Origin: Obrimoposthia wandeli
Taxonomy: Eukaryota
Direction of reading: 5' to 3'
Assembly: GCA_977020255.1 (NCBI GenBank)
Contig: CDROCS010006408.1
Span: 1-64,000 of the forward strand
DNA length: 64,000 nt
Numbering within the stretch: position 1 is the stretch's first letter; every line of letters begins with the position of its first letter. Of the stretch, positions 54,129 to 64,000 are shown piece after piece. Below the pieces are notes generated by a model, which did no database searches, was not told the origin of the DNA, and saw only the letters and a program-made list of their open reading frames with translations. Both the position numbers and the translations under genes were made by a program.

Positions 54129-55529
54129 TTAACGCGGCCAATGGGTATGTTGGTAATCAATCACAAAATGGTGTTTGTGCTGAGTTTCCAAATGCTGGTG
54201 TGCATGACTATGAAGTTTATCTTCATCCGTAAAGTCATGCGTATGATCACTGTGATGGCCATCAGCGTGAGAGTGCCAATGTTCATGTTCGACGGCTGGA
54301 TGAGTATGTGTGATTTTTAATATATCTTGTTTAGGCCAAAGCCATAACACTTGTAAGGCAGCTACCAGCGCAATACTGGCCATCACCCAAAAGCTTAGTT
54401 GTACTGAAAAGGTGGCGCTAAGCCAGCCTGCCAAAGGATAGCAAATTAGAAAGCCTGCGTGAGATAGGGAAAATTGGGCAGCAAAAAGCGCTGGGCGCTG
54501 CTGCTTAGTACTCGATATTTTAAGCAAATTGCCAACAGGAGTTTGTACTAAAGATAATGAAAAACCTAATACCATATACAGTAATATCAGCGCGTTTAAA
54601 TTAGGTTCTAAGCTACCTAACCCTAACAATATTGAAGCGGCTAGGGAACCAGCTAACATAAGATTACGTATGCTAAAAATGCATAATAATTTAGGGACAC
54701 TGATGGCACCTATCACGGAACCGATGCCTAAACCGATATACACAAATGCCAGCGATTGTGCGGTTAAGTTTAATTCTCCTCGAACATAAACCACTGTATT
54801 CACAATTTGCATCGCCATCACCGCTGCAACCGATATATTAATCGCCAATAGTGCACGCAGGCGTGGTGTTCCTTTAAAAATCTGCATGCCCTCACTTAAT
54901 CGCTGTAAAAAATTGCTTGGGGCTTTATCTTGATCTCGCTTAGGAAGCTGGCATTGCGTTAATAACAAAGCGGAGACGATAAAAGTCATAGCATTGGCGA
55001 TGAAAAAATCACTGTAGCTGGTCATCATCAATAAAAATGCAGCGATACTTGGGCTTAAAATATTTTCTAAATCATAGGCTAAGCGTGATAAAGATAACGC
55101 TTTAGTATACTGAATATCATCGGATACAACCTCAGCAATCGTTGCTTGAAAGGTCGGGGTGAATGTTGCTGAACATAAATTTAGGAGTAATATAAGCACA
55201 TATATTTGCCAAATAGCATCCACAAAAGGCAATACCAAAACAATTGCAGCACGCACTAAATCGAGCACTATCAATAATTTTTTACGGGCCAAATGTATTA
55301 CTATTGCATTAGCAATAGGCGAAAAAAGCACATAAGCTAACATTTTTAGTGCCAGCGCCGTGCCCAATACAATACCCGCATGATCCCCAGCTAAATCATA
55401 GGCGAGCAAGGCGAGTGCAATAGTGGTTAAACCTGAGCCAAACAAAGAGGTAATTTGTGCAGCATACAAAAGGCGAAAGCTTTTGTCTTTTAAAGGGCTA
55501 AATAGCGCGAATAACCAGCTAAAATCCAA
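54129..55529 (-). CDS. MFS transporter with His-rich C-terminal tail (NreB/NrsD-like, probable Ni/Co efflux)
   Basis: FRLLYAAQITSLFGSGLTTIAL.LLAYDLAG, ALSLSRLAYDLE, LFAAQFSLSH, tail HTHP..EHEHWHSHADGHH.DH...H.H.FVID..H.HWP. Confidence 0.8.
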   Translation of the reverse strand: MDFSWLFALFSPLKDKSFRLLYAAQITSLFGSGLTTIALALLAYDLAGDHAGIVLGTALALKMLAYVLFSPIANAIVIHLARKKLLIVLDLVRAAIVLVLPFVDAIWQIYVLILLLNLCSATFTPTFQATIAEVVSDDIQYTKALSLSRLAYDLENILSPSIAAFLLMMTSYSDFFIANAMTFIVSALLLTQCQLPKRDQDKAPSNFLQRLSEGMQIFKGTPRLRALLAINISVAAVMAMQIVNTVVYVRGELNLTAQSLAFVYIGLGIGSVIGAISVPKLLCIFSIRNLMLAGSLAASILLGLGSLEPNLNALILLYMVLGFSLSLVQTPVGNLLKISSTKQQRPALFAAQFSLSHAGFLICYPLAGWLSATFSVQLSFWVMASIALVAALQVLWLWPKQDILKITHTHPAVEHEHWHSHADGHHSDHTHDFTDEDKLHSHAHQHLETQHKHHFVIDYQHTHWPR

Positions 55530-55701
55530 TGTAGATGCCTTTTATCTTTAATATAAGCGACTATTATCAAAGAAACTATTTAAGATGTAAATAAAGAAAA
55601 AGATTTCATATTTTAATTTTATGTTTGTTTACATATAACTGTTTTTTCATTGCTTACTTTTAATTTGGGAAGTAGCGAATAAGTCCCCAGATGTTCCCTG
55701 T

Positions 55702-55800
55702 GGATAACTAAGCGGTTAAATCGAACTCAGTGTATGGCCGGCCCTACAAGCGCTAGCGCCACAATACAATATTGCACCCTTTACGCCAGGGGCGTTAGGG
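55702..55800 (+). other. Isolated attC-like site
   Basis: GGATAAC-TAAGCGGTTAA ... GGCCGGCCC..GCGCTAGCGCC ... TTTACGCCAGGGGC-GTTAGGG. Confidence 0.45.
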
Positions 55801-56051
55801 ATTTCAATCAGGTTAATACCCAAAAGTATTTTCGAATACATGGTGATGCACTTATTATATGAACCAAATTTGAATTCAGGTGTTTAATAGTCATCAAAGT
55901 AGACTTTAAGCTATTCGATATATTACTCTAATGGCTGCTGATGAAGCATATAGCAAAGCTACGTAGAGTTTTTTTGAAAACAACTGAATCAAGACAACTG
56001 AAAAACTTTTAGCAGATAAACTGTTTAAAAGTAGCTACACAGCATCGATAA

Positions 56052-56134
56052 TTGGATTTTTTACCAAATAACACTTGTGGTTAACGTGAAATCAATGAGT
56101 TAGAGAACAACAAAAATTAAACCGGACACTAATG
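56052..56134 (+). mobile_element. MITE family A, right half only
   Basis: CCAAATAACACTTGTGGTTAACGTGAAATCAATGAGTTAGAGAACAACAAAAATTAAACCGGACACTAATG. Confidence 0.8.
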
Positions 56135-56174
56135 ATCTTCTCTAAAAAATTGCATGTCACCACTAGTCGTACAT

Positions 56175-56202
56175 AAAAAAAGCGCCTATATGGCGCTTTT
56201 TT
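56175..56202. terminator. Intrinsic terminator downstream of aceF (bidirectional shape)
   Basis: AAAAAAAGCGCC-TATAT-GGCGCTTTTTT. Confidence 0.8.
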
Positions 56203-56225
56203 GCAGTAAGGTAGCGCTACACTAA

Positions 56226-57890
56226 CTACAACACTAACCTTCTTATGTCACTTAACAAAGCATTCAGGTAAGTCATGAAACGACCTCCATCACTACCGTT
56301 AATTGCTCTATGATCATAAGAAAGACATAGAGGTAGCATTTTACGCGGCTCAAATTCTTTACCATTCCAGCGCGGTTTAATATCTGCTTTCGACACACCT
56401 AAAATTGCAACCTCAGGAGTATTAACAATGGGCGTAAACCCTGTTCCGCCAATACCGCCTAAGCTTGAAATAGTAAAGCAAGCGCCTGACATTTCATTAA
56501 CAGTAAGCTTACGTGCTTTTGCTTTGCCTGCTAATTCGACAGCTTCGGTTGCTAGTTGATAAATGCTCTTTTGATCAGCGTTTTTAATCACTGGCACCAT
56601 CAACCCGTTAGGCGTATCAACGGCGATACCAATATTAATATACTTCTTGAGTACTAAGTGTTGTCCGTCTGCATGTAACGATGCATTAAATCGAGGGTTT
56701 TCTTGTAATGCTTTTACCACTGCCTTAATAATAAATGGCATGGGTGTCAATCTAACGCCTGATTTAGCAGCTTCATCTTTCATATCTTTTCGAAACACTT
56801 CTAAATCAGTGATGTCTGCTTCATCAAACTGCGTTACATGTGGCACATTCAACCAAGAACGGCTCATGTTATCACGTGTTAGTCGCGCAATTTTGCTCAG
56901 TTTTTCCAGCTCAATTTCACCAAACTGACTGAAATCAATTTCGGGTACTTGCGGAATACCTGAACCGGATAAGACAGAAGTAGCCGCAGGTGCACTAGCC
57001 GCTTTCTTTAACATCTCTTTTACAAAAGCTTGCACATCTTCTTTAAGAATACGTGCACGTCGCCCTGTACCAGTTATTAGTGTTAAATCTACACCGAATT
57101 CACGTGCCAAGATACGAACGGCAGGGCCCGCATAAAGTGTTGTTTGGTTCTTTTGATTTAATGCAGTTTTGGTATCGGCAACGACACTAGGAACTGCTTT
57201 TTCCGGCGCTTTAGGCGCAGCTGTACTTGGTGCTGTCGCAATAGGAGCAGCGCTCACAGGCACAGCAGCTACTTGAACTGAGCTAACTTCTAAACTTAAA
57301 ATCAAGTCGCCGGTACTGCAGGTAGAGCCTTCTTGCATAGCAATACTTTTCACAACACCCGTTTTCGGTGATGGCACTTCCATTGAAGCTTTATCAGTTT
57401 CAACAGCAATTAAGCTATCGCCTTCTGTAACACTATCACCAACAGCTACCATAATTTCAATAACATCAACATTTTCTGCACCGGATAAATCAGGTACTTT
57501 AACCTCTTCAGTGCTGTTACTAACAGCGCCAGTTGAAGGCATAGGTACTGCTTGTGGTGGTGTAGATACTGCCACGCTTTCTTCCGTCGAAGCTTCATTG
57601 CTAGCCGTTTCAGTTATTGCCACTTCTTCAACAGGTTTCACTGTTGATTCCGAGGCAGCACTTATCGTAAGAATTGCATCGCCAGTATTACAAGTTGTCC
57701 CTTCTTGCATGATGACTTCTACCACTGTGCCACTTTGAGGCGCAGGTACTTCCATGGCTGCTTTATCGGTCTCTACAGCGATTAAACTATCGCCTTCACT
57801 AATGACATCTCCTGCCTTTACCATTACTTCAATAACATCGACATCTGCTGCGCCGCTTAAATCAGGCACTGAAATTGTAATTGTAGTCAC
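56226..57890 (-). CDS. aceF: Pyruvate dehydrogenase E2, two lipoyl domains
   Basis: Two VETDKA lipoyl motifs, AGPAVR..ARE.GVDL..I.GTG E3-binding domain, YDHRAINGSDGGRF; likely GTG start at 57890 after GAGGA. Confidence 0.96.
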   Translation of the reverse strand: MTTITISVPDLSGAADVDVIEVMVKAGDVISEGDSLIAVETDKAAMEVPAPQSGTVVEVIMQEGTTCNTGDAILTISAASESTVKPVEEVAITETASNEASTEESVAVSTPPQAVPMPSTGAVSNSTEEVKVPDLSGAENVDVIEIMVAVGDSVTEGDSLIAVETDKASMEVPSPKTGVVKSIAMQEGSTCSTGDLILSLEVSSVQVAAVPVSAAPIATAPSTAAPKAPEKAVPSVVADTKTALNQKNQTTLYAGPAVRILAREFGVDLTLITGTGRRARILKEDVQAFVKEMLKKAASAPAATSVLSGSGIPQVPEIDFSQFGEIELEKLSKIARLTRDNMSRSWLNVPHVTQFDEADITDLEVFRKDMKDEAAKSGVRLTPMPFIIKAVVKALQENPRFNASLHADGQHLVLKKYINIGIAVDTPNGLMVPVIKNADQKSIYQLATEAVELAGKAKARKLTVNEMSGACFTISSLGGIGGTGFTPIVNTPEVAILGVSKADIKPRWNGKEFEPRKMLPLCLSYDHRAINGSDGGRFMTYLNALLSDIRRLVL

Positions 57891-58037
57891 TACTTGTATC
57901 CTCATATCTTTGAGAAATAGCCACACAGATCAAGTTTAATCCATGTAGCTTATTCTCTTAACCTTTACCAAAAACGCTAATTCGCATCATTGATCTTAAA
58001 GATCCATTTGCTATTGAAACTTAACCCTTGGTCGGTC

Positions 58038-60719
58038 TTATATAGTCCAAGGTGCAACTTTTTCAGGGTCAATATTAAATTTCTTCATGGCTTTAGCGAC
58101 CACAGTACCGGTTAGCTTTCCCTCTTCTTGCAAAGAGCGAAGCGCAGCAATCACAATGTAATAGCGATTTACTTCAAAGAATTCACGTAACTTATCACGC
58201 GTATCTGATCGACCGTATCCATCAGTTCCTAATACTTTATAACGCTGTGGTATATATTCACGTAATTGATCAGCAAATAGGCGTACATAATCTGTCGCAG
58301 CTATAACGGGTTCTTCACCTGCTAAACAGTCTGTAACATAAGCGGTACGCTGCTCAGCTTCTGGATGTAATAAGTTCCAACGCGCTACTGATTGTGCTTC
58401 ACGGCGTAACTCGTTAATAGAAGTGGTACTCCAAACATCTGATTCAACATTAAAATCAGCGCGTAGGATTTCAGCAGCAGCAAGAATTTCGTTCAAAATA
58501 GTACCGCAACCGATCAACTTAACTTTTAAATCAGCCGACTTACCTTCATCCAACAAATACATCCCTTTTATAATGCCTTCTTCAGCACCTTTTGGCATAT
58601 CAGGATGTGAGTAATTCTCGTTCATAGTAGTGATGTAATAGAAGCGATTTTCCCCTTCTTGATACATACGTCGTGTACCATCTTGGATAATAACCGCTAA
58701 CTCATAACCAAATGTTGGATCGTAAGAAACACAGTTTGGCACCATTTGTGCCATTATGTGTGAATGGCCATCTTGATGTTGAAGACCTTCACCATTTAGG
58801 GTTGTTCTTCCAGCGGTAGCTCCTATTAAGAAGCCACGTGCCTGCATATCTCCAGCAGCCCATATAAGGTCCATAACACGCTGGAAACCAAACATAGAAT
58901 AAAAGATATAAAAAGGAATCATCGGACAAGCATTGTTAGCATAAGATGTTGCACAGGCCATCCACGCTGACATTGCTCCCGCTTCGTTTATGCCTTCTTC
59001 TAAAATTTGACCCGTTTTTGACTCTTTGTAATACATAATTTGATCAGAGTCATGAGGTGTATACTTTTGCCCTGCTGAAGAGTAGATTCCCAATTGACGG
59101 AACATGCCTTCCATACCGAAAGTACGTGCTTCATCGGGAATAATTGGCACTATGTGTTTACCAACCGTTTTATCTTTAAGCAGCGTATTCAATACTCTGT
59201 TAAAGCCCATTTGGCTAGACATAGTACGCTTACCACTGCCTTTAAGACTGTTAGCATAATCCGCTATTGGTGGCACTTCTAACTTAGGAAATTCAGTACG
59301 TCTTATTGGGTAAGAACCGCCCAAACTTGCACGGCGCTCCATCATATAACGCATTTCTGCTGAGTCAGATGAAGGGCGATAGTAAGGCATACCTTTGAGC
59401 TGTTCATCAGCCAACGGAATATTAAAGCGATCACGGAAATCTTTAAGATCATCCATCGCTAATTTTTTCATTGAATGCGTATCGTTTTTAGCCAGTCCAG
59501 ATTTGCCCGTGCCGTAACCTTTAACAGTCTGTGCCAGAATAACCGTTGGCTGACCTTTATGATTCATTGCTTCATGGTAAGCGGCATATACTTTGTATGG
59601 ATCGTGCCCGCCACGGTTGAGCGACATAATTTCGTCATCGCTCATATCCTTTACCATTTCTAGTAATTCTGGATACTTGCCAAAGAAATGTTCACGTGTA
59701 TAAGCACCACCATTGGCCTTATAATTTTGCAACTCACCGTCACAAACTTCATCCATGCGTTTTTGTAATAATCCGTGTTTATCTTTAGCAAATAATGGGT
59801 CCCAATGACGGCCCCATAAACACTTAATAACATTCCAACCAGCACCGCGAAAAGCGCCTTCTAACTCTTGTACTATTTTACCATTACCACGAACTGGGCC
59901 ATCTAGTCTTTGTAAGTTACAGTTGATAACAAAAACTAGGTTTTCTAATTTTTCAACGCCAGCGAGTGATATAGCACCTAAAGATTCTGGCTCATCACAT
60001 TCACCATCACCTAAAAAAGCCCAAACTTTACGATCGCCACGGTTGATCATTTCACGGGCAGATAAGTAGCGCATGACATGTGCTTGATAAATTGCCTGTA
60101 TTGGCCCTAAGCCCATTGATACGGTAGGGAACTGCCAAAAATCAGGCATGAGCCAAGGGTGTGGATAAGAGGGTAAACCTTTACCGTCTACTTCACGGCG
60201 AAAGTTATCTAACTGATCTTCAGTTAATCGCCCTTCTAAGTATGCGCGCGCATAGATACCTGGAGATATGTGACCTTGGAAGAAAACCATATCGGCATCT
60301 TGGCCACTTTCATTTTCATTACCGCGGAAAAAATAGTTGAAACCAACATCATAAAGCGTTGCTGAAGATGAGAAACTCGAGATATGGCCACCGAGCCCTT
60401 CATCATTATCATTGGCACGCATTACCATAGCCATCGCGTTCCAGCGAATAAAAGATCGAATGCGGCGCTCTACAAACAAATCACCTGGCATACCCACTTC
60501 ATCCATCGGCTTGATGGTATTGCGATAGGGAGTTGTTAAAGCAAAATTAGTACCAACACCAAGGTCTTGGGCTTTGCGCCCTAATTGGCTTAAGATATAT
60601 TCAGCGCGTTTATCACCATCGTTATTGGCAACAGCTTCCAGAGCTTCTAACCACTCTCCTGTTTCCGCTGGATCAATATCGTTAATCATATCTTTTTGCA
60701 CATCGCTATCTACACTCAT
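58038..60719 (-). CDS. aceE: Pyruvate dehydrogenase E1, homodimeric type
   Basis: GGHISSFSSSATLY, GHISPGIYARAYLEGRL, FPTVSMGLGP, GDGECDEPES, GRTTLNGEGLQHQDGHS. Confidence 0.98.
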   Translation of the reverse strand: MSVDSDVQKDMINDIDPAETGEWLEALEAVANNDGDKRAEYILSQLGRKAQDLGVGTNFALTTPYRNTIKPMDEVGMPGDLFVERRIRSFIRWNAMAMVMRANDNDEGLGGHISSFSSSATLYDVGFNYFFRGNENESGQDADMVFFQGHISPGIYARAYLEGRLTEDQLDNFRREVDGKGLPSYPHPWLMPDFWQFPTVSMGLGPIQAIYQAHVMRYLSAREMINRGDRKVWAFLGDGECDEPESLGAISLAGVEKLENLVFVINCNLQRLDGPVRGNGKIVQELEGAFRGAGWNVIKCLWGRHWDPLFAKDKHGLLQKRMDEVCDGELQNYKANGGAYTREHFFGKYPELLEMVKDMSDDEIMSLNRGGHDPYKVYAAYHEAMNHKGQPTVILAQTVKGYGTGKSGLAKNDTHSMKKLAMDDLKDFRDRFNIPLADEQLKGMPYYRPSSDSAEMRYMMERRASLGGSYPIRRTEFPKLEVPPIADYANSLKGSGKRTMSSQMGFNRVLNTLLKDKTVGKHIVPIIPDEARTFGMEGMFRQLGIYSSAGQKYTPHDSDQIMYYKESKTGQILEEGINEAGAMSAWMACATSYANNACPMIPFYIFYSMFGFQRVMDLIWAAGDMQARGFLIGATAGRTTLNGEGLQHQDGHSHIMAQMVPNCVSYDPTFGYELAVIIQDGTRRMYQEGENRFYYITTMNENYSHPDMPKGAEEGIIKGMYLLDEGKSADLKVKLIGCGTILNEILAAAEILRADFNVESDVWSTTSINELRREAQSVARWNLLHPEAEQRTAYVTDCLAGEEPVIAATDYVRLFADQLREYIPQRYKVLGTDGYGRSDTRDKLREFFEVNRYYIVIAALRSLQEEGKLTGTVVAKAMKKFNIDPEKVAPWTI

Positions 60720-60917
60720 TGAGCATTCTTCCCATTTTTTAACATAAAAAAAGCCCTTCGATTACTTGTCAAATTTAACTCACTTAAACATACATATACC
60801 GAAATAAATCAGTAGTTTAGTTCGAAAAATCAGATCAACTTCGACTGGCTTGTTTTTATAGTTAGATGATTAAAGATCTATGATTCAAGCCTTGGCCTAA
60901 ATCGTCCTTAAAAAATT

Positions 60918-61004
60918 TGTAGTAATACTACATTTTATGACCTCAAATGTCTATATTATCGGTATATTCGCGGCGGTAAAAAAGGAATATGTAGTATTAA
61001 TACA
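60918..61004. promoter_or_regulatory. HexR/RccR-type operator candidates upstream of aceE
   Basis: Palindrome TGTAGT-AAT-ACTACA (60918-32) and near copy TGTAGTATTAATACA (60990-61004). Confidence 0.6.
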
Positions 61005-61672
61005 AACAAAAAAACAAATAATTTTCAACTATTATGCAGAATTAACCAGCAAAAACAGCAAAATTTACACGCGACCTAAAATGTAATAGACGATGACAGA
61101 GCTTAACCATTTAATAACTGACAATAATCATAACACTGCTTAAAGGCCATAGGCGCATTTTGTAACCTGAACTTGATCCTAAACAAAATCCAATAGCTGT
61201 TATTTCTTATCTACACAAAACAAACTCTTTCAAGCTTAACTTTTTACCAAACATTACTCTACTGATATACCTTGCTAAACCCGATTTTTACATATTTATA
61301 GTAAGAAACCCGGGCGCAAAGTAAACAGTGGCGGCAAAAGCCAACAAAAGTTACGCACCACTACCTTTAAACTTAGCAACAAAAATGTATATAATATGCC
61401 AGCCCTGCTTCGCAATTCAATTTATCTTTACCAAGATATTTTGGGGTGTTAGATTGCTATACGTCAGCGTTAACCACCACACATCTTTCAGCTATTACTA
61501 ATCATTTAAAATATTACAGACCGCTTGAATGATCGTAGCGAAAAAGCAGAGTTAGCATTGGTTTTGACGTTATATTTTTGAGCGCAATTGAAATACTCTC
61601 AAGATAAGTTATTCTAAGTCTGCTCAGTATATTTTATCCAATTAATTTAAGTCATTAGATATAGTAGATAAT

Positions 61673-62146
61673 ATGGACTTCTTTGAACAAATAAATAAGC
61701 ACGACTGCATTTACTTAAGTAACCTTAGTGAACCTGAAGATAATTGTCTACGCCTTGTCATTGAAGAAGGTAGTTTTTCTGACGATGCTAAACCAATGGA
61801 TCCTTTCATGCGAGAAGTACTAGGGCTCGCTGCTGCTGATGAAGATAGTAAGTGCATGTATGAAATATTATTCAACAATTACGTTTGCTACACCGTTTTA
61901 GACCAAAACTACGCGGCCACTGAAGAGAACCCAAACCTGCAAAGCAGCATTTTTGAATTCCACAGCCAATCCAACTATTTAAGTTATATTTTACAGCATA
62001 GCCAATTAGATTCCACACAGAGCGACAGCTTAAAACACTATAAATTAAAATGCTTAAACCATATTATTGATATCGCTACATTTGACACACCTCTCGTCAA
62101 AAACATTGGCAGCAGATCAGCCAGTAATGGCATTAGTCTATTATAG
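61673..62146 (+). CDS. Hypothetical protein
   Basis: 157 aa acidic ORF; YEI.F.NYV.Y.V.D..Y and F...SQS.YL.YI......KHY.L.CL.HIIDI patterns; no function assignable. Confidence 0.7.
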   Translation: MDFFEQINKHDCIYLSNLSEPEDNCLRLVIEEGSFSDDAKPMDPFMREVLGLAAADEDSKCMYEILFNNYVCYTVLDQNYAATEENPNLQSSIFEFHSQSNYLSYILQHSQLDSTQSDSLKHYKLKCLNHIIDIATFDTPLVKNIGSRSASNGISLL

Positions 62147-62244
62147 AGATGCATATGAATAATGTATCGAGCCATCTGGTAAGTTAGGCTAAGGATAATT
62201 TAATAGCAGAGAACAAAACAATTCAACAAACCACTTTTTAGGTC

Positions 62245-62272
62245 AAAAAAAAGATCGCAATGCGATCTTTTT
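62245..62272. terminator. Intrinsic terminator after sspB (bidirectional shape)
   Basis: AAAAAAAAGATCGCA-A-TGCGATCTTTTT. Confidence 0.75.
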
Positions 62273-62289
62273 AATTTGAATTAGCTACT

Positions 62290-62691
62290 TCATTTTACAA
62301 CTTGTAACTTTGGTCTTTTAGGAGGGCTAGGCTCAGGTGGTGTAGGCTCAGCATGATCAAAAAATTCAACTCCTGGCTCCATACCAAAACCCATCCCCAT
62401 GCCGCTTTCTTTAGCGTAAATAGCAACAACAGCAACCATTGGTACATATACGTTCATTGGCACTCCTCCGAAACGAGCATTAAAACTTACCGCGCCTTCT
62501 GCCAACAATAAATCATGAACAGCTGTACTGTTGATATTTAAAACTATTTGCCCGTCTGAAACAAATTGCTCAGGCACCATCACACCTTCTATAGTGGTAT
62601 CTACAACAATATGCGGCGTGCACTGATTATCAACTAACCATTCATAAAGCGCCCGCAATAAATATGACCTACTCGGATTCAAAATTTTCAC
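62290..62691 (-). CDS. sspB: ClpXP adaptor SspB
   Basis: PSRSYLLRALYEWLVDN.CTPH, V.DGQIVLNI, F.ARFGG, C-terminal RPKLQVVK. Confidence 0.95.
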   Translation of the reverse strand: MKILNPSRSYLLRALYEWLVDNQCTPHIVVDTTIEGVMVPEQFVSDGQIVLNINSTAVHDLLLAEGAVSFNARFGGVPMNVYVPMVAVVAIYAKESGMGMGFGMEPGVEFFDHAEPTPPEPSPPKRPKLQVVK

Positions 62692-62998
62692 CTTATTACG
62701 CTAATCACTATCTCTAAAAAATTTATCTGTTAAAGAATCTAACTTAACCAGATAGGGATTATATTATTCATATCCATTAATGTCTCGGATATAAGTATTC
62801 AATTACTTAATGTCTATGCTCGAGTTTAGTGCCGGCTTCAATTCACTAAACACACATTCAATGATAATTCACAGTGGATAATTATTCACGCCAGCCCAGA
62901 AAAATCCTAATTTAGACTCTAGCTTACATACTAAAAAGGGATGTAATACATCCCTTTTAAATAATAATTCAAATAAATTTGAATTTTAATAGCTCGTA

Positions 62999-63631
62999 TT
63001 AATAACGCAACTCACGCTCATATTCAGATAGTGCTTCTTGGAAGGCTTCTCTATCAAAAAGTCTATTCATATATTCAATAAGATGCTCACACTGATCTTC
63101 TGGAAGCTCGATGCCCAATGACGGCAAGCGCCATAGAATAGGAGCAATACAACAATCAACTAGTGTAAACTCTTCACTCATGAAAAACTCTTTCTCAGCA
63201 AAGATAGGAGAAATAGTTACCAAGCTATCACGCAACTGCTTGCGCGTGGCTTCTAAGTCTTCAATTGAAAGCTTACCGCCTAATATAGCATCAACTAACA
63301 CACACCAATCTTTTTGAATACGGTGCATATAAAGACGACTTTCAGCCCTAGCAACCGGATAAACTGGCAGCAAAGGTGGATGAGGGAAGCGCTCATCCAA
63401 GTATTCCATCATTACATTTGGCTCGTATAATACTAGCTCACGATCCACTAATGTAGGAAGACTGTTATAAGGGTTCAATGAAGCTAGATCTTCAGGAACG
63501 TTGTCCGCATCACAATCATTTATTTCTACTGCAACACTTTTTTCCGCCAGTACTATACGTACACGGTGGCTGTAGTGATCTGACCCATCAGAATAAAAGG
63601 TCATGGAAGAACGTTTAGTCACAACTCCCAT
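62999..63631 (-). CDS. sspA: Stringent starvation protein A (GST-like)
   Basis: KRSSMTFYS....[54 protein letters not shown]. Confidence 0.97.
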   Translation of the reverse strand: MGVVTKRSSMTFYSDGSDHYSHRVRIVLAEKSVAVEINDCDADNVPEDLASLNPYNSLPTLVDRELVLYEPNVMMEYLDERFPHPPLLPVYPVARAESRLYMHRIQKDWCVLVDAILGGKLSIEDLEATRKQLRDSLVTISPIFAEKEFFMSEEFTLVDCCIAPILWRLPSLGIELPEDQCEHLIEYMNRLFDREAFQEALSEYERELRY

Positions 63632-63739
63632 CGAAGTCCCCTCGTTAAGTATTCGCTAAAAAAAATAAGCGCAACCCATAACGGGTTGCGCTCACTAAAG
63701 ATGTACACTATATCAGAAAGCTAGCTTTCGGTAATCCAA

Positions 63740-64000
63740 TTAATGGATATCGCGCCAGTATTCTTTCTTCAAAGCATAAGTAAAGAAGAAGAAAATAAAC
63801 AAGAAGATAAGTACGTTCACACCCATAGATTGAGACTTAAGCGTGTGTGGCGCACCAATATAACTCATGAAATTAACTAAGTCATAGATAGTTCTGTCAA
63901 ACTGTTCAGTCGTTTGCTCGCCAGAACCTTCAATAGAACTGTAACACCCACCGATTTCGATACCGGTTAAAGGATCTATTTCAGTAACATTTTCAGCTAA
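63740..64000 (-). CDS. petC: Cytochrome c1 C-terminal part (partial, 5' end outside the window)
   Basis: EQFDRTIYDLVNFMSYIGAP....SMG..VLIFLFIF...YALKKEYWRDIH; directly upstream of sspA. Confidence 0.92.
   Translation of the reverse strand, partial: LAENVTEIDPLTGIEIGGCYSSIEGSGEQTTEQFDRTIYDLVNFMSYIGAPHTLKSQSMGVNVLIFLFIFFFFTYALKKEYWRDIH

Noticed and set aside
55699-55707. Perfect DnaA box TGTGGATAA
   Set aside because: Single isolated 9-mer overlapping the attC-like site; no box cluster or oriC gene context
62146-62195. GTTAGGC after ORF 61673..62146, suggesting a cassette
   Set aside because: No RYYYAAC partner or palindromic attC body

Overview
AT-rich chromosomal window from a gammaproteobacterium. 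The gene order radC-rpmB-rpmG / coaBC-dut-algC-argB-slmA, aceEF and petC-sspA-sspB suggests a marine Oceanospirillales/Pseudomonadales-like organism (inference). The left ~8.2 kb is the end of a genomic island integrated at tRNA-Ser(GGA). It holds an intact P4-type integrase and a decaying type I secretion locus (split hlyB, intact hlyD, a small ORF, a frameshifted lipase-type substrate) plus an internally deleted IS5. Next is a DUF1445-pxpA-pxpB-pxpC-DUF4392 operon with a LysR regulator and a D-amino-acid aminotransferase, which together look like a D-glutamate/5-oxoproline utilisation system. ftsA-ftsZ sit outside the dcw cluster behind a 1.2 kb non-coding region with a 31-bp-phased palindrome array, NrdR- or RccR-like boxes and a (TAATGGG)6 repeat. 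The rest is housekeeping DNA with accessory patches. These include a ~152 bp MITE family (six copies, four with perfect 9 bp target duplications), a decayed tandem copy of rpmG, attC-like sites with cassette-like genes but no integron integrase, and IS30, IS3 and P2-phage remnants. All functional calls come from motif recognition by eye; no database search was run.
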